Source: Trueperaceae bacterium
Lineage (GTDB): Bacteria; Deinococcota; Deinococci; Deinococcales; Trueperaceae
DNA length: 57,739 nucleotides
Assembly (NCBI GenBank): GCA_011390735.1
Contig: JAABRV010000001.1
Span: 1 to 57,739 of the forward strand
Direction of reading: 5' to 3'
In this document: piece by piece, positions 32,481 to 40,199 of the stretch
Numbering within the stretch: the first letter of the stretch is position 1
Layout: the number at the start of each line of letters is the position of its first letter
Notes under the pieces: model-generated
Database searches by the model: none
Told to the model about the DNA's origin: nothing
Seen by the model: the letters and a program-made list of their open reading frames with translations, nothing else
Position numbers and translations under genes: made by a program

Positions 32481-33818
32481 TCAGCGCGTCGTGAAGTCGA
32501 CCAGCACGACCTCGGCCCCGTCGCGCACGAGCGCGTAGCGCCCGTCGCTCCACAGCAGGACGCCGGCGATCGCCCGCCAGTCGGCGCCATCGGCGGTGAC
32601 GATGCGGACGAAGCCGGCGTCGTTCTCGAGCGACCACGCCTCCCCGCCCAACGGCGCCTCGGCGGCCGCGTCGAGCCGGACGCGCGTGCCGAGGGTCGCG
32701 TCGGGCCACCAACTCGTGTCGCTGCCCGTCGCCGGGGGCGGGCCCTCCGGCCGGAGGGCCGCCGTGGGATCGCCGAGACCCCGGATGTCGCCGACATCGC
32801 GGCCGCTGCGGTCGGACAGCTCGACGACCACGAGCGCCGGGGGCGGCACGCCGCCCGGCAGGTAGGCGGTCGCCGCGATCGTTTCGGCGTCGATGCCCAG
32901 GCGCGTGCTCACCAGGGCCAAGGTCGCGACGCGGAACGCCTCCCGCACCCCGTCGCCATCCTCCGCCCACCCGGGCGGCCACAGCGAACGGTCTCGCAGC
33001 AGCACCAGGCCCGCCTCGGGCAGGCCCTCCGCCGACGCTGCCTCGGCCATCCCGCCGGCGCCCTCCTGCGCCGAACCGGCCAAGCCCTCGGCGGGCGCCG
33101 GCGGCTCGGCCTCAGCGGCCGGCGGTCCCTCGACCCCCGGCCTTTCCTCGTCGTCCGCCCGTTCCTCGCCGTCCGCCCGTTCCTCGCCGTCCGCCCGTTC
33201 CTCGCCCGCCGGCGCCAGCGTCAGGTCGATGAACGGGACGCCCTGCAGGTCGACGCCGGGCGGCGGCGGCAGTTCGGCCAGCGGCGCCAGGCTCCAGGCC
33301 CGAACGCTGCGCACCTCGGCGCCCTGCACCAGGGTGTACGTCGCCTGCTGCAGCGGGTCGAGGACCTGGCGCCGCACGGCCAGGCCGGCCGGCCAGGGCA
33401 ACACCCGCAGGTCCTGGCCGGCCACCGGATCGTCCCACAGCACGCGCGGCGCCAGCGGCATGATGCCGCCCGGGATCGCCTCGGCGAGCGCGGGGATCGG
33501 TCGCGCGCCGGCGACGTCGGGCATCGCCGCCGCGTAGCGCACGGCGGCCGCCCGGTTGGCGAACGCGCCCACGCGCACCCGGTAGACGTCGCCCTGCCCC
33601 CCCGTCGAGCGCACGACGTACGCCGGGAAACCGTCGCGCAACAGGCTCCGCGAGATGTCGACGGCGGTCGCCTGGTCCGACACCGCGATCACCTGCACGG
33701 TGAAGCTGATCGCCAGGGCGGACGCCGCGCCCGACGCGAGCCAGACGCCGAGCAGCACCCGCAGCGCCCGGCGCGGCCCGAGGCGCCCGGAACGCCGAGC
33801 GGGCGCGACGGCGACCAC
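32481..33818 (-). CDS. Membrane-anchored SPOR-domain protein with an acidic hexapeptide repeat
   Basis: Signal anchor LRVLLGVWLASGAASALA. SPOR fold FTVQVIAVSDQATAVDISRSLLRDGFPAYVV...VYRVRVGAFANRAAA. The GTG start lies 1 nt after the ABC-2 permease stop. Confidence 0.75.
   Translation of the reverse strand: MVAVAPARRSGRLGPRRALRVLLGVWLASGAASALAISFTVQVIAVSDQATAVDISRSLLRDGFPAYVVRSTGGQGDVYRVRVGAFANRAAAVRYAAAMPDVAGARPIPALAEAIPGGIMPLAPRVLWDDPVAGQDLRVLPWPAGLAVRRQVLDPLQQATYTLVQGAEVRSVRAWSLAPLAELPPPPGVDLQGVPFIDLTLAPAGEERADGEERADGEERADDEERPGVEGPPAAEAEPPAPAEGLAGSAQEGAGGMAEAASAEGLPEAGLVLLRDRSLWPPGWAEDGDGVREAFRVATLALVSTRLGIDAETIAATAYLPGGVPPPALVVVELSDRSGRDVGDIRGLGDPTAALRPEGPPPATGSDTSWWPDATLGTRVRLDAAAEAPLGGEAWSLENDAGFVRIVTADGADWRAIAGVLLWSDGRYALVRDGAEVVLVDFTTR
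33153..33206. repeat. Three perfect tandem copies of an 18-nt unit (GTCCGCCCGTTCCTCGCC), coding
   Basis: Read directly. On the coding (minus) strand it encodes (EERADG)x3, followed by a degenerate EERPG copy. Confidence 0.95.
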
Positions 33819-33819
33819 G

Positions 33820-34593
33820 TCAGAAGTCCTTGCGCTCGAACACGATGACCGCGACGGCGGCGAACGCCGCGCAGTAGAACGCGATCAGCGCGACCACCCA
33901 GCCGAGGTCGTTCGCGGGCGCCACGTACGCCGACAGCTGCGAGGTCAGCAGGTACGGCGTCACGCCCGGGAACACCACCAGCAACTCCATGACGATCAGC
34001 GTCGCCAGCGTGGCGAGGGCGCCCGCGGCGGCGTTCATGAACAGCACCGCGAACAGCACGGCCAACAGGGCGATCGGCAGCAGCGCGTAGGCGGCGATCA
34101 GGTAGGCGCGCAGCAGCTCGACCCAGGCGGCGGCCGGCGCCATCGTCCCCGTCCCCAGGAGGCCGGCGGCCCCCAACCCGGTGCCGCCCACGAACGAACC
34201 GAAGCCGAACGGGGCGCCCGCCAGCAGCGACGCCAGCAGGAACCAGCCGAGCGCCAGGAACGGCAGGGCGGAGACGACCAGCAGCTTCGCGAGCAGCCAC
34301 TGCGAGCGCGTGACGGGGCGCAGCAGCACCGTCGGCAACGTCCCGTGCTGGATCTCGATGCCGAGCAGCTCGGCGGCGGCGATCGCCACCAGCAGCGGCA
34401 GCAGGAAGGCCATGCTGGACAGCAGCGACAGCGCCGGCACCTGGAAGCCCGAGACGATGAAGAAGCCGTAGACGTCGAACACCCCTGGGGCGTAGGCCCA
34501 CAACCACGGGAACAGCGCCAGGACCACCAGGCCGAAGCGGACGCTGCTCAGGTGCGCCAGCTTGCCCAGCTCCATCCTGAGGAGCGCGATCAC
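33820..34593 (-). CDS. ABC-2 type transporter permease
   Basis: Six hydrophobic helices. The GTG start overlaps the ATPase stop (GTGA). Confidence 0.75.
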   Translation of the reverse strand: MIALLRMELGKLAHLSSVRFGLVVLALFPWLWAYAPGVFDVYGFFIVSGFQVPALSLLSSMAFLLPLLVAIAAAELLGIEIQHGTLPTVLLRPVTRSQWLLAKLLVVSALPFLALGWFLLASLLAGAPFGFGSFVGGTGLGAAGLLGTGTMAPAAAWVELLRAYLIAAYALLPIALLAVLFAVLFMNAAAGALATLATLIVMELLVVFPGVTPYLLTSQLSAYVAPANDLGWVVALIAFYCAAFAAVAVIVFERKDF

Positions 34594-35603
34594 CGCACGC
34601 CCCCACGCCCGCGGCCGGCGCGGCCGACCCTGGGCGGCGCCGTGTCGATCGCCAGGGCCTCGACCGCCGTGCGCCGCGCGCGTTCGGCCGTCACGCGCTC
34701 GCGGTAGTGCGCCCTGAGATCGAACACGTCGGGGCCGATCTCCAGCAGGTCGATGCCGCCGCCGACGAGGGACGCGGCGAGGCGCTCGGCGCCGGTGCCC
34801 GGGGCGAGCGCGGCCACCAGGTGATCGCCTCGCCGCTGCGCCTCGCGCACCCAGGGCTGCGCACGCAGCAGGGCCACCGCCGCCGGCACGTCGGTGACGC
34901 GGATGCGGAAGCGGGCCCGCCGGTCGCGCAGGTCGACCGCGTCGATCAGCTCGCCCTCCTCCATCAGCCCGACGAGGTGGCAGTACGCCACCACCTCGTC
35001 GAGGTGGTGGGTGGACAGGAGCACGGCGGTGCCCTCCTCGGCCGCCTCCTGCAGCACGCGGTGCACCAGGTGCAGCGACAGCGGGTCCATGCCGCTCGCC
35101 GGTTCGTCGAGGACGAGAATCTCCGGCCGCGTCAGCAGCGCGGCCGCCACGCCCAGCCGCTGGCGCATGCCGAGCGAGTAGATCCCCACCGGCCGGTCGG
35201 CGGCCGCGGTGAGTTCCATGCGGTCCAGCACCTCGCCGATCCGACCCGCGGGCACGCCGCCCGCCAGGCGCGCGTGGAGCCGCAGGTTGCGGCGGCCGCT
35301 GAGGTAGGGGTAGAAGGCCGCCGGGGCCTCGACCACCGCGCCGAGCCGGCGCCGCACCGAGGGGCGCTCGTGCGGGTCCTCGCCGAGCATCCGGACCGTC
35401 CCCGAGGTCGGGAAGGCCAGGCCGGCGACCAGTCGGATCACGGTCGTCTTGCCGGCGCCGTTCGGCCCGACCAGGGCATACACCTCGCCGGGCTGGACGC
35501 GCAGCGACAGGTCGCGAACCACGGGCCGGTGGCCGTACCGCTTGGTCAGGCGGACGGTCTCGATCGCGGGCGTCACACGGTTCGGAACGGCGTCCACGCG
35601 CAC
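34590..35603 (-). CDS. ABC transporter ATP-binding protein (ABC-2/CcmA-type) with a C-terminal extension
   Basis: Walker A GPNGAGKTT, signature YSLGMRQRLG, Walker B LVLDEPASGMD. The GTG start at 35603 is uncertain by a few codons. Confidence 0.88.
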   Translation of the reverse strand: MRVDAVPNRVTPAIETVRLTKRYGHRPVVRDLSLRVQPGEVYALVGPNGAGKTTVIRLVAGLAFPTSGTVRMLGEDPHERPSVRRRLGAVVEAPAAFYPYLSGRRNLRLHARLAGGVPAGRIGEVLDRMELTAAADRPVGIYSLGMRQRLGVAAALLTRPEILVLDEPASGMDPLSLHLVHRVLQEAAEEGTAVLLSTHHLDEVVAYCHLVGLMEEGELIDAVDLRDRRARFRIRVTDVPAAVALLRAQPWVREAQRRGDHLVAALAPGTGAERLAASLVGGGIDLLEIGPDVFDLRAHYRERVTAERARRTAVEALAIDTAPPRVGRAGRGRGGVR

Positions 35604-35652
35604 CTCACCCCCGAGACTACACGGCCGCCGTGAGCGCCGGGCATGCGATGGC

Positions 35653-37143
35653 TCACGCCTCCGCCAACGCGCCGGTCGGCGCCGGCGCGGCCGCGGCCGC
35701 GCCCTCCTCGGCCGCCACCTCCTGCGTGGTCATCGCGTCGAGCACGTGCTCGACGGCCCGTTCGACGGCCCGGTCGAAGTCGGTCGTGTCGACGACGGGC
35801 GAGCCCTCGCGGGCGGCCTGCTCGAGGACGAAGTCCTGGATCATGCGGATCTCCGCGAAGTGCTCGAGGTAGTCGTCGCTCGGGCGCATCCGGTGCGTGC
35901 GCCCCTCGCGGCGGCTGAAGTTCTCGCGGTGGTCGTCCTCGTCGGCGACCGCCAGCACGATCTCGATGACCAACGCACGATCGTCCGGTCGCTGCGGGGA
36001 CAGCCCGGGCACCAGGTGCGTCCCCTCGATGACCAGCGAGGTCGCCTCCTTCACGTTGCGCTCGATGATGGCCTCGATGGCCCGGCTCATCTGCTGCACC
36101 TGCGCCTGGAAGCCCCGGGCGACCCGCTTGCGCTTCGGCTTGGCGTTGGCCACCTCGTGGGGCATCAACTCGGCGCGCCAGGCCGCGTAGCTCGAGGCGT
36201 GCAGGATGGGGCTCAGCTCCGGGCTGATGAGCGAGCGCAGCGCCTGCCGCACGCTGTCGGTGGAGACGACGCGGGGGATGCCGAGCCGGTACCCGAGCTC
36301 CGCCGCCAGGACCGACTTGCCCACGCCGGCCGCGCCCGACACCAGCACGACGACCGGCCGCTCGGCACGGCGCAGCGACCTGAGCAGCGTGTAGCGGCGG
36401 GCGAACTCCTCCCCCGCCTCCTGCTGCAGCAGGCGGCGCACGACGGCCCGCACGCGCTCGCTGTCGACGCGGGGCATCCCCAGGCGCCACAGCTGGTCCT
36501 CGGTGCGGCGCGCCAGTCGGTGCGCCAGCTCCGGGTCGAGACCGATCGCCAGCAGCGACTGCGCGAGCACGCCGCGGGAGAACGGCAGACCGGCGGCGCG
36601 GCCCTCCTCGACGACCACCAGCTCCGCCGCCAGGGCCAGCGTCGCCTCGTAGCGGGCCCGCACGTCGCGACCGAAGCGCGCCTCCAGCGCCGAGGCGACC
36701 CGCTGGTACAGCTCGCGCTCCGGCACCTGCCGGCGGCCGTCGGAGCGCAGGCCCAGTTCGACCTGGCGCACGACGGCGTAGGCCTCCTTGAACGCCAGCC
36801 CGAGCTTCTCGAGGGAGGCCGCCAGCTTGCGGCGACTGAACGGATCACGCCCGCCGGCCTCGTCGACCACCTCGAGCTCGCTGAACGGCGGGGTCTGCCG
36901 CGCCAGCGCCTCGGCCGCCTCGGGCCCGATCTGCTCGGCCACCCAGCGACCCAAGCGCTTCATGAGCTCCCCCAGCTCGACCTGGTGCTCGTGCCGCTGG
37001 CGGTAGTGCTTCTCGGCCTCACGCGCCAGGCGCACGGCGTGCTCCGTCGCCACCCCGGCGGACTGCAGCACTTCGACGATGGGCCCCGTGGCGAACGGGT
37101 AGCGCTTCGCCCCGTCCTGCACGCGCAGATCTCGTCGCTTCAC
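35653..37143 (-). CDS. Three tandem ATP-cone-like modules fused to a P-loop kinase (2-phosphoglycerate-kinase-like architecture)
   Basis: Three units of about 85 aa share the pattern hxVxxxxGxxxPFSRxxLxxSL...A..h...E..L. They are followed by VVLVSGAAGVGKSVLAAELG. Start set at GTG 37143, with GGAGG 7 nt upstream. Confidence 0.72.
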   Translation of the reverse strand: MKRRDLRVQDGAKRYPFATGPIVEVLQSAGVATEHAVRLAREAEKHYRQRHEHQVELGELMKRLGRWVAEQIGPEAAEALARQTPPFSELEVVDEAGGRDPFSRRKLAASLEKLGLAFKEAYAVVRQVELGLRSDGRRQVPERELYQRVASALEARFGRDVRARYEATLALAAELVVVEEGRAAGLPFSRGVLAQSLLAIGLDPELAHRLARRTEDQLWRLGMPRVDSERVRAVVRRLLQQEAGEEFARRYTLLRSLRRAERPVVVLVSGAAGVGKSVLAAELGYRLGIPRVVSTDSVRQALRSLISPELSPILHASSYAAWRAELMPHEVANAKPKRKRVARGFQAQVQQMSRAIEAIIERNVKEATSLVIEGTHLVPGLSPQRPDDRALVIEIVLAVADEDDHRENFSRREGRTHRMRPSDDYLEHFAEIRMIQDFVLEQAAREGSPVVDTTDFDRAVERAVEHVLDAMTTQEVAAEEGAAAAAPAPTGALAEA

Positions 37144-37165
37144 GTCACGGCCTCCAGTACGCACG

Positions 37166-37175
37166 AGGCTAGCAC
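37166..37175 (-). promoter_or_regulatory. GTGCTAGCCT decamer, a candidate extended -10 for the ATP-cone kinase, overlapping the Nudix stop codon
   Basis: The minus strand reads TGC-TAGCCT, 22 nt upstream of GTG 37143. This is the third copy of the decamer. Confidence 0.33.
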
Positions 37176-37753
37176 GGCGCCACCTGACCGCCCACCGGCG
37201 ACAGCCGGTCCAGGAGGTCCTTGACGATGTTCCCGGTCAGCCCCCACACGTCGCGACCCACCACCAGGTAGCGGTGCAGGACGCGCGTCTCGCCCTCGTG
37301 GGCACGCGTCTCGCGCAGCACCGTGGTCTCGCCGAACAGGGCCAGCGGGACGGTGAAGACCTCGGCGACCTCCCCGGGATCGACCGTCAGGTCGGCGGGC
37401 CAGGCCACCCGTGCGACGACCGGCGTGGCGACCAGGCCGAAGGGCGAGGCGCGGTCGTCGAGCAGGCCGATGACGTCGCCCCGATCCACGCGCAGCCCGA
37501 CCTCCTCGTGCGCCTCGCGCAGTGCGGCGGCGATGGCGTCCTCGCCCGGCTCGACCCTTCCGCCGGGGAACGCGATCTGCCCGGCGTGCCGCGAGAGGCC
37601 GGCCGAGCGCACCGTGAACAGCAGCGCGGGGCCCTCGGGGGCGTCCAGCAGCGGCACGAGCACGGCCGCCCGGCCGTAGCCGGGCACATCGAGACCCCGC
37701 GCCGCGGGCTCGGCGAAAGCGCGCCGCACGTCGTCCACGGTCCACGAGCTCAC
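37169..37753 (-). CDS. Nudix hydrolase, CoA pyrophosphatase subfamily
   Basis: Nudix box GGRVEPGEDAIAAALREAHEEVGL, preceded by the CoAse-type LLFTVRSAGLSRHAGQIAFPGG. The GTG overlaps the mazG stop (GTGA). Confidence 0.85.
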   Translation of the reverse strand: MSSWTVDDVRRAFAEPAARGLDVPGYGRAAVLVPLLDAPEGPALLFTVRSAGLSRHAGQIAFPGGRVEPGEDAIAAALREAHEEVGLRVDRGDVIGLLDDRASPFGLVATPVVARVAWPADLTVDPGEVAEVFTVPLALFGETTVLRETRAHEGETRVLHRYLVVGRDVWGLTGNIVKDLLDRLSPVGGQVAPC

Positions 37754-38382
37754 GACGGGTGGCCCACCTCGGTCCCCGCCGCGAGCCGCCGCTCGACGTG
37801 GTCGCGGAGCAGCAGCTCGGGGTCGTGGCCGGCCAGCGTCGCGGCGCGGGCCAGCTCGAGCAGCGCCGCGGCGAGGTCGCCGGGGTCTCTGGAGAGCTCC
37901 CCCAGGCTGCGTGCCGCGAGCGTCTCGTCCGCGGGCCACGCCAGCGCGCGGGCGAGCTCGCCGGCGCGCCGCAGCGCGGGCAGGGAGCGCGGCACGCGGT
38001 CGGCGGCCGTGCGCGGGGTGCCTCCCCGCTCGCTGGCCTTGATCGCCTGCCAGTTGCGCAGGACGTGCTCGGCGTCGTCGACGACCACGTCGCCGAAGAC
38101 GTGGGGGTGGCGCCGCACCAGCTTCTCGACGATGGCGGACTCGACGTCCTCGTACCCGAAGGTGCCGGCCTCCTCGCCGATGACCGCGTGGAACGCGACC
38201 TGCAGCAGGACGTCGCCGAGCTCGTCGGCGACGACCGCGGGATCGCCGTCGGCGATCGCGTCGACCGCCTCCGCGGCCTCCTCGAGCAGGTGCGGGCGAA
38301 GGCTCTCGTGGGTCTGCTCCTGGTCCCACGGGCAGCCGCCGGGGCCGCGCAAACGGCGCATGATCGTCAGCAGGCGTTCCAT
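37750..38382 (-). CDS. mazG: MazG-family nucleoside triphosphate pyrophosphohydrolase
   Basis: CPWDQEQTHESLRPHLLEEAAEAVDAI and DELGDVLLQVAFH motifs. Confidence 0.88.
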   Translation of the reverse strand: MERLLTIMRRLRGPGGCPWDQEQTHESLRPHLLEEAAEAVDAIADGDPAVVADELGDVLLQVAFHAVIGEEAGTFGYEDVESAIVEKLVRRHPHVFGDVVVDDAEHVLRNWQAIKASERGGTPRTAADRVPRSLPALRRAGELARALAWPADETLAARSLGELSRDPGDLAAALLELARAATLAGHDPELLLRDHVERRLAAGTEVGHPS

Positions 38383-38389
38383 GCCGACG

Positions 38390-38395
38390 ATGCTA
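38390..38395 (-). promoter_or_regulatory. -10 box TAGCAT 7 nt upstream of the mazG ATG; leaderless candidate
   Basis: The minus strand reads TAGCAT-cgtcggc-ATG, with no SD. Confidence 0.35.
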
Positions 38396-38424
38396 CCGTC
38401 AGTGGCGCCGCGCGCGTGGGTGGC

Positions 38425-38462
38425 CGCGGACGCTCTGCGTCCGCGGACGCGGAGCGTCCGCG
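38425..38462 (-). terminator. Two overlapping 9-bp GC hairpins between pgeF and mazG
   Basis: CGCGGACGC-tct-GCGTCCGCG, then CGCGGACGC-gga-GCGTCCGCG. The second left arm overlaps the first right arm by 4 nt. Confidence 0.45.
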
Positions 38463-38464
38463 GG

Positions 38465-39232
38465 TCAGCCTGGGGCCCGCACCACCGCCCAGTGGCGTCC
38501 GGTGCGACCCGCGTCGCGCCGGTGCGAGAAGCAGCGATCGGCCGCGCAATGCGTGCAGGTGTCGCTCGCCGCGATCGCGACGGGCGGCAGGCCGGCGGCC
38601 TCGAGTTGGGCCCGCACGGCGCCGGGCACGTCGAGACGCCAGCGCCCGGCGGCGCTCGGGTCGGGCCACGCGACGGCCGCGGGCACCGCCGGATCGGCGC
38701 GCACGGCGGCCACCACCTCCGGACCCACCTGGTAACACGCTCCCTGGATCGCCGGCCCGAGCCACGCCCGCAGGTCCGCCGGGTCGCTGCCGTAGCGGCG
38801 GCCCAGCGCCCGCACGGCGGCGGCCGCGACGCCGGCGGCCACCCCGCGCCAGCCCGCGTGGACGGCCGCCACGGCGCCGCCGCGGGCGTCGAACAGGATG
38901 ACGGGCAGGCAGTCGGCCGCGGACACCGCGAGCAGCCAGCGCGGGTCGTCGCTGATCAGGGCGTCGCCCTCGAGCCCCGTGACGCCGGGGGTGGCCTCGT
39001 GCACCGCGGCGCCGTGCACCTGGTCGATCCGGGCGACGCGCTCCAGCTCGACGCCGAAGGCGCGCGCCACGCGCCGGCGGTTCTCGCCGACGGCGGCCGG
39101 GTCGTCGCCCACCGAGGCGCCGAGGTTGAGGCTGTGCCAGGGTGGCGGGCTGACGCCGCCGGCGCGCGGCGAGAACCCGTGCGCGACCGGCAGCGGTCCG
39201 CGCTCGAAGTCGGCGGGCGTCAGTTCGCCCAT
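38465..39232 (-). CDS. pgeF: YfiH/PgeF (DUF152, laccase-domain) protein
   Basis: HGFSPRAGGVS, IDQVHG, ADCLPV, VHAGWRG and CTHC conserved blocks. Confidence 0.88.
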   Translation of the reverse strand: MGELTPADFERGPLPVAHGFSPRAGGVSPPPWHSLNLGASVGDDPAAVGENRRRVARAFGVELERVARIDQVHGAAVHEATPGVTGLEGDALISDDPRWLLAVSAADCLPVILFDARGGAVAAVHAGWRGVAAGVAAAAVRALGRRYGSDPADLRAWLGPAIQGACYQVGPEVVAAVRADPAVPAAVAWPDPSAAGRWRLDVPGAVRAQLEAAGLPPVAIAASDTCTHCAADRCFSHRRDAGRTGRHWAVVRAPG

Positions 39233-39236
39233 CCGC

Positions 39237-40199
39237 TCAGTAGTTGCGGGCCGTGGCGCGCATGCGGCCGCTGGACTCGAGCCAATCGGTCACGACGCCG
39301 ATGGCGGCCCGGACGGTGGGCGTGATCAGCGGGTCGCCGAAGCTCTCGAGGCGCACGATGACCTCGCCGCCGGCGCGGCGCTGGGCGACGACGAGGAGCT
39401 GCTGCACCAGCTCGGGCTCGTCGACCGTCACGCGGAACCACCAGCGATCGGTCTCGCCGACCGCGCGCGCCGCCTCGTGCACGATGACGTGGCCCTCGGG
39501 CGCCGCGACGACCAGCTTCGCGAACGGAGCGTCCGACGGCCAGCCGCCGTCGAGCAGGGCATGGGGCATGGTGACGTGCCTCCCTAACGGCTCGGGGACC
39601 GGCACGCCGGTGCCGTCGAGCGCGAAGACCTGGTAGTGGAGCGGCTTCCCCTGGGCGCGCCACTTGAGCGCGTACTTCGTCTCGAAGACCTCCGGCGGCG
39701 CGGCCCGCCCGACCCGGGCGGCCACGCCGGAGCGGGCCGCCTCCTCGCGCGCGAACTCGACGTAATCGAGGTGGTCGGAGGCCAGCCGGATCTCGCCGCC
39801 CGGCACCAGGCGGGTCGACGCGAGGCGGAAGAAGGGCACCCGCAGGAGCCGATGCCGCGCGTGGCGCTCCTTGGGCCAGGGGTCGGGGAAGTTCACCGTG
39901 ATCGAAACCAGCGAGGCCGGGGCGAAGAGCTGCCGCACGGCGATCTCGGCCGGCGCCTTGAGGATCCGCACGTTGCCGACGCCCTCGCGCCGCAGTCGCC
40001 GCAGGGCGCGCAGCACGCTGGTGCCGGAGACCTCCAGGCCCACGTGATCGTCGTTCGGCGCGGCGAGCGCGCGCGCCGCCGTGTAGCGGCCGTCGCCGAA
40101 GCCGATCTCGAGGTGCAGCGGCGCCTCCCGATCGAACTCCGTCACCCAGTCGACCGGGTGGGCCACGCGGCGCCACGGCAGCAGGATCGGGCGCGCCAT
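39237..40199 (-). CDS. trmB: tRNA (guanine46-N7)-methyltransferase with a C-terminal extension of about 110 aa
   Basis: LEIGFGDG SAM motif and NFPDPWPKERHARHRL block. At 320 aa it resembles the long Thermus-type TrmB. Confidence 0.9.
   Translation of the reverse strand: MARPILLPWRRVAHPVDWVTEFDREAPLHLEIGFGDGRYTAARALAAPNDDHVGLEVSGTSVLRALRRLRREGVGNVRILKAPAEIAVRQLFAPASLVSITVNFPDPWPKERHARHRLLRVPFFRLASTRLVPGGEIRLASDHLDYVEFAREEAARSGVAARVGRAAPPEVFETKYALKWRAQGKPLHYQVFALDGTGVPVPEPLGRHVTMPHALLDGGWPSDAPFAKLVVAAPEGHVIVHEAARAVGETDRWWFRVTVDEPELVQQLLVVAQRRAGGEVIVRLESFGDPLITPTVRAAIGVVTDWLESSGRMRATARNY

Noticed and set aside
33153-33206. Possible CRISPR or other non-coding repeat array
   Set aside because: The units are directly tandem with no spacers, only 18 nt long, and lie in frame inside a well-supported CDS.
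35653-37143. Labelling the ATP-cone kinase as a bona fide 2-phosphoglycerate kinase (cDPG pathway)
   Set aside because: Only the P-loop architecture resembles that family. No cyclic-DPG synthetase gene is nearby, and the substrate cannot be inferred from the sequence.
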